Assembly (NCBI GenBank): GCA_963743525.1
Contig: CAVUQH010000008.1
Coordinates: 64,001-128,000 of the forward strand
Reading direction: 5' to 3'
Origin: an uncultured delta proteobacterium
GTDB lineage: Bacteria > Myxococcota_A > Polyangia > Haliangiales > Haliangiaceae
Length of the DNA: 64,000 nt
Shown: one piece after another, positions 10,798-20,730 of the stretch
How the letters are laid out: each line of letters starts with the position of its first letter
How positions within the stretch are numbered: position 1 is the stretch's first letter
Translations under genes and position numbers: made by a program
The notes under the pieces: model-generated
The model's input: only the letters and a program-made list of their open reading frames with translations
Databases searched by the model: none
What the model was told of the DNA's origin: nothing

Positions 10798-11442
10798 CTA
10801 GGCGGCGGGCTGCACCCACTGCGCCTCGACCCGCGGCTCGCCACCGCGCGACCAGTGTTGCATCGAGCCGACCCACTCGGGCTCGACGAAGAAGGTCATC
10901 TGGTGGCCGTTGGCCGCGGTCACGCGGACCAGCTCCTGGCGGACGACCTGACCGGCGACGTTGGCGCGGGTCGGCTTCTGCCGGTCGTGCGGTAGGTCGG
11001 GCGAGCCGGGCCACGCCTGGGCGCCGGTGTCGATGCGCGGGCGCTGGCCGCCGTCGAAGATCGCCAGCGGCGCATAGCCCTTCTGCAGGCCGATCGAGCT
11101 CTTGGCCGGCTTTGGCCCTTCTTCGGTCGGCTCGACGGCGAGCGCCAGCCGGTTCTTGTTGGTAAAGGCGATCCACATGTTGGCGCCGCGGTAGCTGGTG
11201 CGACTGAGAGCGTCGAACACTTTCTCGGCGGTCAACCGCATCGTCTCGGGCACCAGCGGGCCCAGGTACCAGGTGCCGACGCCCATCGACACCACCTCTT
11301 CATCCTGGTCGAGGCCGAACTGTTCGCGCCAGTACACCTTTCCAGCGGCCTGTTTACCTCCGGCTCGCTTGATCTTGGCGTAGTAGCGAACGTAGTAGAG
11401 GCCGATGAAGGCGGCGGCGGCGACGAAGACGAGAATCTGCAT
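10798..11442 (-). CDS. Membrane-anchored hypothetical protein
   Basis: GGAGG RBS, N-terminal TM helix MQILVFVAAAAFIGLYY. Confidence 0.7.
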   Translation of the reverse strand: MQILVFVAAAAFIGLYYVRYYAKIKRAGGKQAAGKVYWREQFGLDQDEEVVSMGVGTWYLGPLVPETMRLTAEKVFDALSRTSYRGANMWIAFTNKNRLALAVEPTEEGPKPAKSSIGLQKGYAPLAIFDGGQRPRIDTGAQAWPGSPDLPHDRQKPTRANVAGQVVRQELVRVTAANGHQMTFFVEPEWVGSMQHWSRGGEPRVEAQWVQPAA

Positions 11443-11590
11443 GGTTCCTCCCTCCCACCCGAGAGAGACGCGAACCCGCGCATGTGATCGAATTGTTTTT
11501 CCGCAGGTGCTCCTACATGTACACACGCACGAGGCATTTTCTTTCAACGGAATCGGCGCTCGGCACACCTATGCGTAGGGAGGCCCCCTG

Positions 11591-12934
11591 ATGACCTACA
11601 CCTCTACTACGCTTCGTTCGTTCTCGCTGGCGCTGTTCGCCGCCGGCGCTCTGGCCGCATGCGGCGGCAGCAACTCCGGCGGCGGCACGGATGCCGCGGT
11701 TGCCAACTGCACGATTGTCGGCATGTCGTGCACGGGCGACGGCGACTGCTGCACCGGTCACTGCGATCCGGACCTCCAGGTCTGCTCGCAGCCGGCAGGC
11801 GCCTGTCTGGCAACGGGCGACGCGTGCCAGGTCGGCTACGAGTGCTGCTCGTTCTCGTGCGTCAACGCCAAGTGCTCCGACAGCCAGTGCGTCTCCGATG
11901 GCGATCAGTGCGACAGCGACGGCCAGTGCTGCGGCGGCTCCTGCGTCAACAACAGCTGCGCGCCGCTCAACGATGCCTGCAAGACCTCGGGCAACAGCTG
12001 CGCCAACAACACCGATTGCTGCTCGGGCTACTGCAACAACGACGTCTGCGACGCCAACCCGTCGTTCTGCCGGCAGTCGGGCGACATCTGCGCCAGCGAC
12101 ACCGAGTGCTGCGGCGGTCTGTGCAGCAAGGCCGACGGCGCCGCGGTCGGTACCTGCGCCAAGGTGCCGGCATCCGGCGCCACCCAGTGTCTGGGCGCCG
12201 GCGAGGTCTGCGGCGGCACCTACGACGGCAGCGCTCTGCCGATTTGCGGCGGCGAGTGCTGCAGCCGCGCCTGCCTGCCGTACGGTCCCACCGGCATCAT
12301 GATCTGCCAGCCGCCGAGCGGCTGCCGGCCGACCGGCGAGGTCTGCGCCGAGGATTCGGACTGCTGCGGCGCCGAGGGGAATCCCGACGGCACTGTCAGT
12401 CAGATCCACTGCTCCAAGGAAGGGAACAACCCGCTCGGCCGCTGCGACAACGGCAACGCCTGCACCCCGGCCGGCGGCATCTGTCGCCTGCAGACAGACT
12501 CGTGCAACGCCAACGCCAACTGCTGCTCGGGCAACGTGCTGCAGAACGACACCTGCAAGCTCGACAATCTGGGCATCCCACGCTGTCTGGCGGCCGAGGT
12601 CAACTGCACGGATCCCAGCGTGTACGAGGGCATGGACTGCGCCACCAGCGCCGACTGCTGTGGCCTGCCGTGCACGCCCAGCACCAGCGGCGAGTTCCCG
12701 ACGCTCACCTGCGGTGGCGACGCCTGCGTGGCCTCGGGCGGCGCCTGCACCAACAGCGCCGACTGCTGCTCCGCGCTTCCGTGCGTCATCCCGCCGGGCT
12801 CGACCCAGGGCACCTGCGGTGACAATCCCGGAAGCTGCGCCGAGTACGGCCAGCAGTGCACGGCCTCGTCCGACTGCTGCAGTGGTCTCGCCTGCGACAC
12901 CACGACCGGTACCTGCGGCGCGGTCGTGAACTAG
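11591..12934 (+). CDS. Cysteine-rich repeat lipoprotein (11 knottin-like CC modules)
   Basis: GGAGG RBS, lipobox LAAC, repeats C-x6-C-x5-CC-x3-C. Confidence 0.88.
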   Translation: MTYTSTTLRSFSLALFAAGALAACGGSNSGGGTDAAVANCTIVGMSCTGDGDCCTGHCDPDLQVCSQPAGACLATGDACQVGYECCSFSCVNAKCSDSQCVSDGDQCDSDGQCCGGSCVNNSCAPLNDACKTSGNSCANNTDCCSGYCNNDVCDANPSFCRQSGDICASDTECCGGLCSKADGAAVGTCAKVPASGATQCLGAGEVCGGTYDGSALPICGGECCSRACLPYGPTGIMICQPPSGCRPTGEVCAEDSDCCGAEGNPDGTVSQIHCSKEGNNPLGRCDNGNACTPAGGICRLQTDSCNANANCCSGNVLQNDTCKLDNLGIPRCLAAEVNCTDPSVYEGMDCATSADCCGLPCTPSTSGEFPTLTCGGDACVASGGACTNSADCCSALPCVIPPGSTQGTCGDNPGSCAEYGQQCTASSDCCSGLACDTTTGTCGAVVN

Positions 12935-13057
12935 ACACACTCCGGAGTGGCGGCGACACAGTCGCCGAATGCCTACATAGGAAGGCCGCGCGCCGACTGA
13001 TAGGATGTCTATCGGTCGCGCGCGCGGTGTTCGTTTGCGCGCGACGAGGAGCGCTCG

Positions 13058-14563
13058 TTGAGCATCTTCAACCGCATCTTCGGCGGTACTGGCGACGGCG
13101 ATGAGTCCGATCGCGATGAGTCCGATCGTGCCGAGGGCGAGACCGCTGTCGAGGGGATGGGTGCGCGGACCAACGGTCGCTCGCTTCGAGCCGACACCGC
13201 GCCGACGGCAACGCCACCCGATCTGCCCGACGACGTCAACGACCTGGATGACCTGGAGGATCCGTTGACCCAACCGGACGCGTTGCCACCACCGCTGCCG
13301 CCACCGCCGGGTGAGCCCGAGCGGTCGCCGCGCGACTCGCTGCTGTCGCCACCGCGCACGGTGGGCGGCGTCAAGGTTGCGCCCAAACGCACCGAGACGC
13401 GGCCGCCGCCCGCGCCTGCGCCTGCGCCTGCGCCTGCGCCTGCGGCCGGTGGTACGCCACCGCGTCCGACGGCGCGTGCGCCCAAGGCACCACCGCCGCG
13501 ACGCCCGGCGGCGACGGTCAAGTCGGCGACTCCGCCCCTGCCGGCTGCGTCCGACGGGGTCGTCCGGCGCAAGCGAATGTCGTCGGTCTCCGATGCGTTT
13601 GCCGCCATCATCGACGACGGCAGCAACGGCACCGCGGTCGCCGCGGGCACCTCCAGTGAATCCGACCGCGCGGCGGTGCAGCAGGTCTTCGACGAGCTGG
13701 CGGCCAACCACGTCAACCAGGTGCGCAACGTCATGCTCGAGCTGCAGGTCGGCGACGTCGCCTGCTCGTGGATGGAGACCGCCAAGGCGACGCTGGCGTC
13801 GCTGCGCGCGATGGCCTCGGAGATGGACAACGGCGATCTGGTCGCAGCCCTCGACGGCTTCGTCACGGCCATCGATGCGGCGGTCGCCAGCGGTCAGGCC
13901 ACGGTCGCCGGGCCGCGCAAGGACGAGCTGATGAAGCGCTACGAGCGGCTGGTCGAGCTCATCCCGCGCGCCTTTGCCCTCGACGGCGAGCGCGATCGGC
14001 GCGAGCCGATCATCGTCGAGTCGCTGCTGCGGCAGGTGCCCGGGGTCGAGAAGATCACCATCGACCGGCTATTCGCCGCCGGGCTGTCGCGCTTGAACGT
14101 ACTGATGAAGGCCAACGCCGGCGACATGGCGGCAGCCGCCGGCATCGCCGCCGAGACCGCGGCGCGCATCGTCAACCGGATGCAGAGCTACCGCACCAGC
14201 CTGCCGTCCACGGTCGCGGCGCAGGACGCCGCTGCCGAGCAGAGCCAGCTGCGCGCGCTGGTCGACGAGCTGGCCAGGCAGCACGAGGAATACGAGAGCG
14301 CCGCCGCCGGCTGGTCCGACGACCACCGGGCGCGCAAGCGGGTGGCGCGGCGCGAGCGCGAGCGCATCTTCCTCGAGGTGCGCGTGGTCCTGGCCCGGCT
14401 GGGGCAGGTCGAGCGGCTGGCCGAGCTGGAGAAACAGCCGTTCAAGGATCGCATTCGCGCGCTCAGCGCCTATCTCGACGAGGTCAAGCAGCAACGCCCG
14501 CCCGCCGCAAAACAGCCGCGCGCGCGCACGCTACCGGGTCGCGGACCTTCCCTGGGAACCTGA
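13058..14563 (+). CDS. Pro-rich protein with C-terminal helical/helix-hairpin-helix-like domain
   Basis: GAGGAG RBS before TTG; LRQVPGVEKITIDRLFAAG HhH-like motif. Confidence 0.7.
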   Translation: MSIFNRIFGGTGDGDESDRDESDRAEGETAVEGMGARTNGRSLRADTAPTATPPDLPDDVNDLDDLEDPLTQPDALPPPLPPPPGEPERSPRDSLLSPPRTVGGVKVAPKRTETRPPPAPAPAPAPAPAAGGTPPRPTARAPKAPPPRRPAATVKSATPPLPAASDGVVRRKRMSSVSDAFAAIIDDGSNGTAVAAGTSSESDRAAVQQVFDELAANHVNQVRNVMLELQVGDVACSWMETAKATLASLRAMASEMDNGDLVAALDGFVTAIDAAVASGQATVAGPRKDELMKRYERLVELIPRAFALDGERDRREPIIVESLLRQVPGVEKITIDRLFAAGLSRLNVLMKANAGDMAAAAGIAAETAARIVNRMQSYRTSLPSTVAAQDAAAEQSQLRALVDELARQHEEYESAAAGWSDDHRARKRVARRERERIFLEVRVVLARLGQVERLAELEKQPFKDRIRALSAYLDEVKQQRPPAAKQPRARTLPGRGPSLGT

Positions 14564-14580
14564 CGGAGGCACAACCGAAC

Positions 14581-15840
14581 ATGGCCGAGCTCTCGCCCGA
14601 CGAAGTCAAACGCAAGATCCGCATGGGTGGATCGGTCGAACGGACCGACCTGCGCGGCATGAACCTGGCGCGGCAGCGGCTGATCAAGGCGCGCATGGAC
14701 CGTTCGGACCTCGAAGGAGCCAACTTCGAGGGCAGCGATCTGACCGACGGCTCGTTCAAGCGCGCCAGCCTGCGCGAGGCGTATCTCGTGGGCGCCAACC
14801 TGACCCGCGCCAACCTGGAGAACGCCGACCTCGAGGGCGCCAACCTCGAGCGCGCGGTGCTGGTCGGCGCCAACCTGTCGCGCGCCAGCCTCGAAGGCGC
14901 CAACCTGACCGGCGCCGACCTGTCGGGCGCGCAGCTCGGCTTCGCGCTGTTGTCCAACGCCAAGCTCGGCGGCGCCAAGCTCGGTGGCGCGGTGCTGACT
15001 CACGCCGAGCTGGACGACGCCTACCTCGGCGGCGTCCACGCCGAGCAGGCGCAGATGTCGAGCGCCAGCCTGCGCGGTGCCAGCCTCGAGGAGGCCAAGC
15101 TGGCGGGTGCCGACCTGCGCGACGCGTCGCTGGCGGGCGCGGTGGCGACCCGCGCGGTGCTGCGCGGCACCTGTCTGGCGCGGGCAGATCTGTCCGGCGC
15201 CAAGCTGCAGCATGCGGACCTCACCCACGCCGACGCCCGCCACGCCAACCTGAGCGGCGCCGAGCTGACCGGCGCCACGCTGACCGGCGCCAAGGTCTGG
15301 GGCCTGACCGGCACCGGCGGCGAGGTCGGTGAGATCGTCGTCGCCTGGGTCAACAACAGCAGCAAGGGCGACGGCAGCGGGCGGCTGGAGAATGGCGAGA
15401 TTCCGCGACTCCTCGCCGGCGCGGTTGCCGCGGCGCCGGCCGACACCGGCGACCGGCGCTACTTCGGCCGCGGCGATGTGCTGCGCAACGCCACCCTCGA
15501 CTTCGACGCCGGCGCGCGGGTCGAGATCGACAGCTTGTTCGAGAACTGCACCCTCAACCTCGGCGAGGGAACCGAGGTCGTGGTCGGCGCCACCGGCGTC
15601 CTGGCCGACTGCGAGATCCAGGGCGCCGGCAACATCACCATTCACGGCAAGTTCTTCGAGCGACAGAGCCCGGGCATCAACGGTGCCCGGCGACTGCTGG
15701 TCAGCGCCAACGGCGCGCTGGTGTCGTCGGTGGCCCAGGGCCGGGCGACGACCGAATTTGCCTTCGAGCGCGGCTGCCAGCTGCGCGTGAAGATCCTCAA
15801 AGCCAACGAAGACAGCAAGGCGGACGGAGCCCGAGCATGA
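14581..15840 (+). CDS. Pentapeptide-repeat protein with C-terminal bactofilin-like domain
   Basis: GGAGG RBS; long A(N/D)LxG repeats; C-terminal VVVGATGVL...NITIHGKF...LLVSANGALV...FERGCQL. Confidence 0.85.
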   Translation: MAELSPDEVKRKIRMGGSVERTDLRGMNLARQRLIKARMDRSDLEGANFEGSDLTDGSFKRASLREAYLVGANLTRANLENADLEGANLERAVLVGANLSRASLEGANLTGADLSGAQLGFALLSNAKLGGAKLGGAVLTHAELDDAYLGGVHAEQAQMSSASLRGASLEEAKLAGADLRDASLAGAVATRAVLRGTCLARADLSGAKLQHADLTHADARHANLSGAELTGATLTGAKVWGLTGTGGEVGEIVVAWVNNSSKGDGSGRLENGEIPRLLAGAVAAAPADTGDRRYFGRGDVLRNATLDFDAGARVEIDSLFENCTLNLGEGTEVVVGATGVLADCEIQGAGNITIHGKFFERQSPGINGARRLLVSANGALVSSVAQGRATTEFAFERGCQLRVKILKANEDSKADGARA

Positions 15841-16472
15841 GCGACAACAGCGACAAGCGCGTACGACAGACCACGGTCGAGGACGAGACGATCTTCAAGG
15901 GGACGCTCACCTCGCAATGTCCGGTGGTGGTGCTCGGGCATCTGGAGGGCGAGGTCGAGGCCCCGTCCCTGCACATTCGATCGTCGGGGTCGGTCGCCGG
16001 AACGATCACGGTCAAACAGCTGACGTCGGAGGGCTCGCTGGCCGGCGAGGTCGACGCCGAGTCGGTGCTGTTGTCCGGCAACGTCAAGGACAAGACGGTG
16101 ATTCGCGCCGGCACGCTGGAGGTCAAGCTGCAGCGCGCGCAGGGCAAGATGGAGGTCGTGTTCGGCGAGTGCGAGCTGGCGGTCGGCGACGAGCCGAGCA
16201 AGGAAGCCGCCATCGAGGCCGCGCGCGCCGCGGGCAAGGCGGCACCCGAGCCCGCAGCTGCCGCCGAGGCGCCGGCCGCCACCGAGGCGGAAGCTGCCGC
16301 CGCCGAGGAGGCCTGGGACGAGGATGCCGGCGAGGAGGCGACCGAGACCGGCGCCGCCAAGACCAAGGCCAAGGACGACGACGGCGACGGCGACGGCGAC
16401 GACGGCGGGTCCAAGGGCAGCGGCAAGCGCAAGCGCTCGCGGCGCACCTCACAGCAGCCGACCGCCGGCTGA
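15837..16472 (+). CDS. Bactofilin (polymer-forming cytoskeletal protein)
   Basis: TTVEDETIFKGTL...VLGHLEGEV...SGSVAGTI...GEVDAESVLLSGNV; ATGA overlap with upstream gene. Confidence 0.85.
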   Translation: MSDNSDKRVRQTTVEDETIFKGTLTSQCPVVVLGHLEGEVEAPSLHIRSSGSVAGTITVKQLTSEGSLAGEVDAESVLLSGNVKDKTVIRAGTLEVKLQRAQGKMEVVFGECELAVGDEPSKEAAIEAARAAGKAAPEPAAAAEAPAATEAEAAAAEEAWDEDAGEEATETGAAKTKAKDDDGDGDGDDGGSKGSGKRKRSRRTSQQPTAG

Positions 16473-16526
16473 TCGCCCCACTGATCGCCCGCCACGGAGC
16501 CGCCATCGTATGATGGTCGGGCGTCC

Positions 16527-18824
16527 GTGGCCGATCGACCCGACAGCGAGCTCGACGAGACGGCGCCAGCCGCGGCGCTCGACGATACCGCAGCGGCAGC
16601 GGGGCTCGAGGCCACGGCCGACGCGGCGAGCCGCGGCTCGATGGCGGCAGCGGGGCTCGAGGCCACGGCCGACGCGGCGAGCCGCGGCTCGATGGCGGCA
16701 GCGGGGCTCGAGGCCACGGCCGACGCGGCGAGCCGCGGCTCGATCACGCCGGCGCTGGGCGGCGACGACGCAACGGTGGATGCGGTCGCCCACCGCCGAA
16801 CCCAGCCGAGCGCGCCCACGCCCCGTGTCGGCGCTGCGTTCCGCTCGGAAAGCGGTGCCCCGGCGCCGGGCACGCGGGCGGCCAGGTGGACCTCGGTCGC
16901 CCGCGTGTTACTGGTGATCCTGTCCCTGGCCGCGGCCGCCAACATCGTCTACTTCGTCAGCCGCTTCGTGCTGGCGACCGATCATCCGCAGCTGAACGCG
17001 GCGTTCCTCGAGACCCAGGTGCGCGCGGGATCGGCCCGCTTCGGCTGGCTGACTCGGTTCGGCGGCTGGCAGACCACCGCGGTGCGCCTGGTGCTGGTGT
17101 CGACCACGCTGCTGGTGGTGCCGCTGGTCATCGTCGGTCGTCACTCGCGCAACCCGATGGCCATCGGGCTCGCCTGCGTCAGCGTGCTCGGTGGCCAGCT
17201 GTCGCTGGCGGTCACGGTGCTCACGTCGAGCGAGACGCTGGTCGTGCCGCGCGCGGTCGCTGCGGCGATCTACCTGCTCATGCCGGCGACCGGCCTGCTC
17301 TTGTTCAGCATCTTTCCCAGCGGCAAGCCGGTGCCGAAGTGGAGCCTCCGGGCGTTGCCGTTCGCCCTGGCTCCGTTCGCCGTGCAGGCCGTGCACATGT
17401 ATGCGACGCGCGGCTACTCGCGCCCGGTTGCCGGCGCGGTGATGGCGACCGGCGTGCTGTACATGAGCTTCGTCTGGTATCGCTACCGCTACCGGGCGAC
17501 CCTGCGCCAGCGCCACCAGATCAAATGGATGGCCTACGGCGGCTCGGCATTCCTGGCCCTGCAGATCGTCGCGCTGGTCGGGCTGTTGCCGCTGCTGTCC
17601 CATCACGACAGCCCGGTCCAGCCGCTGTACAAGCTGCTCTACGAGGTCCTGCTCGGCGCCTCGTACCTGATCGGGATCATCATCGCGCTGCTGTCGGCGA
17701 TCCGCTATCGGCTGTGGGAGATCGATCGCATCATCAACCGGACGCTGGTCTACGGCCTGTTGTCGTTCGTCCTTGCGGCGTTCCTCGGCACGCTCTACTT
17801 CGCGCTGCGCTCGCTGCTGTACGAGACCATCAACGCCCCCGGCGGGGTTGCCGTCGGCATCTCGCTGGCGGTGACCGTGGCCCTGTTCGCGCCGCTCCGC
17901 CGGCGCATCATCCGCTTCACCGACCGTCGCTTCTACGGCATTCGCCTCGACTACGAGGCGCTCGCCGCCGAGGCGGCGCAGGCCAGCCTACCGACCACCG
18001 AGGAGACCTTCGCTTCCTACGGCGACCTCGAGCTCCTCGGCCGCGGCGGCATGGGCGCGGTCTATCGCGCGCGGCACCCCGACTTCGACGTGCCGGTGGC
18101 GCTCAAGATCATGTCGCGCGATCTGGCCGAAGACCCCGACTCACAGGCGCGCTTCCACCGCGAGGCACACATCCTCGAAGGCGTGCGCCACCCCAACGTG
18201 GTGCCGTTCCTGGCCAGCGGCCACAACCAGGGGCTGGCGTTCATCGCCATGGAGCTGGTCGAGGGCGAGGACCTGGCCGCGATCCTCCGCCGGCGCAAAC
18301 GCCTGTCACCGGACGAAGTCATCGCCCTGCTCGCCGGCGTGGCCGGCGCCATCGACGCCGCGCACAAGCTGGGCATCGTCCACCGCGACATCAAGCCGTC
18401 CAACATCCTGGTCGCCGGCACGGAGGCGACCCCGCTGGCGGAGCGCCGGCCGATGCTGATGGATTTCGGCGTCGCCCGCTGGTCCGAAGCCGAACCGGAG
18501 CGAACAGCCGAGGGGTCGCCGCTCGTCGGCAGCCTGGTGTACATCTCGCCGGAGCAGATCCGCCAGCCCGACGCCGTGGACGGCCGAGCCGACATCTACT
18601 CCCTCGGCGTCACCGCGTTCGAGCTGGTCACCGGCCGTCCTCCATTCCACAGCGCCACGCCGCTGGGCATGGTCATGGAGCATCTCAACCATCCGCCCCC
18701 GGATCCGCGAGCGCTGGTGGCCAGCACCCCCGATGCGCTGGCCACCGCGATCCTCCGCGCGCTGGCCAAGGACCGCGACGACCGCTTCGCCACCGCCCGC
18801 GACTTCGTCGCCGCGATGCGCTGA
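16527..18824 (+). CDS. Multi-TM membrane Ser/Thr protein kinase
   Basis: Several TM helices then LGRGGMGAVY, VALK, HRDIKPSN, DFG, SPE. Confidence 0.92.
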   Translation: MADRPDSELDETAPAAALDDTAAAAGLEATADAASRGSMAAAGLEATADAASRGSMAAAGLEATADAASRGSITPALGGDDATVDAVAHRRTQPSAPTPRVGAAFRSESGAPAPGTRAARWTSVARVLLVILSLAAAANIVYFVSRFVLATDHPQLNAAFLETQVRAGSARFGWLTRFGGWQTTAVRLVLVSTTLLVVPLVIVGRHSRNPMAIGLACVSVLGGQLSLAVTVLTSSETLVVPRAVAAAIYLLMPATGLLLFSIFPSGKPVPKWSLRALPFALAPFAVQAVHMYATRGYSRPVAGAVMATGVLYMSFVWYRYRYRATLRQRHQIKWMAYGGSAFLALQIVALVGLLPLLSHHDSPVQPLYKLLYEVLLGASYLIGIIIALLSAIRYRLWEIDRIINRTLVYGLLSFVLAAFLGTLYFALRSLLYETINAPGGVAVGISLAVTVALFAPLRRRIIRFTDRRFYGIRLDYEALAAEAAQASLPTTEETFASYGDLELLGRGGMGAVYRARHPDFDVPVALKIMSRDLAEDPDSQARFHREAHILEGVRHPNVVPFLASGHNQGLAFIAMELVEGEDLAAILRRRKRLSPDEVIALLAGVAGAIDAAHKLGIVHRDIKPSNILVAGTEATPLAERRPMLMDFGVARWSEAEPERTAEGSPLVGSLVYISPEQIRQPDAVDGRADIYSLGVTAFELVTGRPPFHSATPLGMVMEHLNHPPPDPRALVASTPDALATAILRALAKDRDDRFATARDFVAAMR
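16593..16744 (+). repeat. Three tandem 51-bp coding repeats (AAAGLEATADAASRGSM)
   Basis: GCGGCAGCGGGGCTCGAGGCCACGGCCGACGCGGCGAGCCGCGGCTCGATG x3, identical except the last base. Confidence 0.95.
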
Positions 18825-18868
18825 AAAGCCTTGGGCGGTCGCCCGCCCGCCAGTAGGATGCGCCGGTC

Positions 18869-19420
18869 GTGCGCCGGCTGTTCCCGATCGCGTTGCTCGT
18901 CGCGCTGGCCGCCTGCGGTGGCGGCGAAGGCGCGGTCGATGCCGGGCCCTCGGTCGCAGATGCCGCCTTGCACGATGCGCCGGTAGCCGACGGCGCATCG
19001 GCCGACGCTGCCACCAACGACGCTGCTGCAGCGATCGATGCGGCCCCGGGGCAAGGCGACGCCGGCGTCGCCGACGCCGCCGAGCCCGACGCAATGGCGC
19101 CCGACGCCGCCGCCCCCGATGCCGGCTTCGCCACCGCCCAGCACGTGCACATCTACGTCTCCAACACCTGCGCGATGTCGGTGTCGCCGATGTCGTTCAC
19201 GGTGCCGGCCGGCGAGACGCTGCAGCTCACCTACCACAACCACTCCACCGACTACGCCGTCAACGTGTGGAAGTCGTACGGCGGCGGCTACCTCGATCTG
19301 GCGCCGGGCGACTCGTGGAACGAGACCTACGAGCACTGCTTCGGCCCCAGCCCGGCCACCGAGTACGCCGACATCAGCACCGCCTGCAGCAGCTTCCGCC
19401 TCTACGTCAACTGCCAGTAG
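18869..19420 (+). CDS. Lipoprotein with small C-terminal beta-sandwich (cupredoxin-like) domain
   Basis: Lipobox LAAC, DA-rich linker, PMSFTVPAGETLQLTYHN...LAPGDS. Confidence 0.7.
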   Translation: MRRLFPIALLVALAACGGGEGAVDAGPSVADAALHDAPVADGASADAATNDAAAAIDAAPGQGDAGVADAAEPDAMAPDAAAPDAGFATAQHVHIYVSNTCAMSVSPMSFTVPAGETLQLTYHNHSTDYAVNVWKSYGGGYLDLAPGDSWNETYEHCFGPSPATEYADISTACSSFRLYVNCQ

Positions 19421-19426
19421 CGGTCG

Positions 19427-19969
19427 CTACTTCATCGATCGTCCCAGCGCCTCGAAGATGGCGCCGAGCCAGCGGGCCCAGCGGGGCGGGCGCTCCTCGT
19501 CGTCGAGGATGGTGTCGATCAGCTCGCGGCGCCGGCGCGCCTCGATGGCGGCGTCGTCAGGTTCCGGATCGACCTCGGTGGTGGGAGGATCGAGGAGGTA
19601 GCGCAGCGCGTGACTCAGCTCGCCGCGATCGAACCAGATGCCGTGGCGCTTGCAGGTGTCGACGATGACGCCGGACTGGCGTCCCAGCTCGCGGCGGGCC
19701 ATCGTGCCGCCGCAGATCGCGCAGCTGCTCGGATGGCCGGGGGACAGTCCGCGATCCTGCGCCGGCAGGGCGGCCAGCAAGCGCCGCTGGGCCGCCAGAT
19801 CCATCCACAGATCATTGAACACGCGCGGTGCCAGCCACACACCCAGGCATGCGTCACACTCGTGAACCGGAATGCCAGCGATACGGCGCTCGTGGAGTGT
19901 TCCCGGGCACGCCGGGCAGGCGCGCGATCCAGTCGCGCGGCTCCGCTCGCGAAAAGGCACTCCGTTCAC
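19427..19969 (-). CDS. Double zinc-ribbon (zf-TFIIB-like) protein
   Basis: CPAC...CDACLGVWL and CAIC...CKRHGIWFDRGEL. Confidence 0.8.
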   Translation of the reverse strand: MNGVPFRERSRATGSRACPACPGTLHERRIAGIPVHECDACLGVWLAPRVFNDLWMDLAAQRRLLAALPAQDRGLSPGHPSSCAICGGTMARRELGRQSGVIVDTCKRHGIWFDRGELSHALRYLLDPPTTEVDPEPDDAAIEARRRRELIDTILDDEERPPRWARWLGAIFEALGRSMK

Positions 19970-20095
19970 CCGATAAAGTTACTACGTGTTGCGCGTCGTG
20001 CCAGCGGATGCGGCGCCCGAACGTGCGTCGCACAGACGCGCGTTTCTGCCGTGTTGCTCACGGACATTGCGCGATCCCGATCGCTATGGTGGGGC

Positions 20096-20722
20096 ATGCT
20101 CGAACGTCGACGGCTTTGCGTGTTGTTGTTGGTCGCGCTGCTGTGGGCATGGCCGGGTGGGCGCGCGCGCGCCGACAACAACCCCGAGCTGTTGGCCGGC
20201 ACGGTCGCCGGGTTGAGTCCCGCCAAGGTTGGCCTCGAGCTTGGTATTCGGCCTCGCTGGGCTCTGAGTCCACATGTCGACGTCGACGTCGCCGTGGCTG
20301 TTCGCGGGATGCTCGCTGAATCGACCAGCTACAGTGATTACTACGACGCCCGCAACGTCCACGGCATCGGCGTGCGCGGGATGCTCGGCATCCGCTACTA
20401 CGGTGGCGAAACGCCTCACCAGGGTCTGTACGTTCGCCTCGCTGTGGGCGGCGAATTCCAGCAGGCGTCGTTCGACGACGTCGATCTGAACCCGGTCGAT
20501 GGGCAGAACCCGCCGCCCCCGCAGCCCAACTCGTTCTCGTCGAAGGGCGCCGTCTTCGAGCCCGGGGTCGGCTATCGCTTCGCCCCCGGCCTGTGGCAGC
20601 TCGGTGTCGAAGTGAGCGTATGTCTGCCCACGGACAAGGATCCTTATCCTGCCAATCTAAGCGACGAGTGGAACCCGTCCAACGACTTGCACATCTCGTT
20701 CGTCGCCGCCCACCGCATGTAG
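20096..20722 (+). CDS. Secreted/outer-membrane beta-barrel-like protein, paralog 1
   Basis: Signal peptide ending ARA-D, amphipathic beta strands, FEPGVGYRF. Confidence 0.7.
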   Translation: MLERRRLCVLLLVALLWAWPGGRARADNNPELLAGTVAGLSPAKVGLELGIRPRWALSPHVDVDVAVAVRGMLAESTSYSDYYDARNVHGIGVRGMLGIRYYGGETPHQGLYVRLAVGGEFQQASFDDVDLNPVDGQNPPPPQPNSFSSKGAVFEPGVGYRFAPGLWQLGVEVSVCLPTDKDPYPANLSDEWNPSNDLHISFVAAHRM

Positions 20723-20730
20723 TGCGACCG

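Noticed and set aside
11561..11575. Sigma-54-like CGGCACACCTATGCG upstream of the Cys-rich gene
   Set aside because: GG to GC spacing is 9, not 10.
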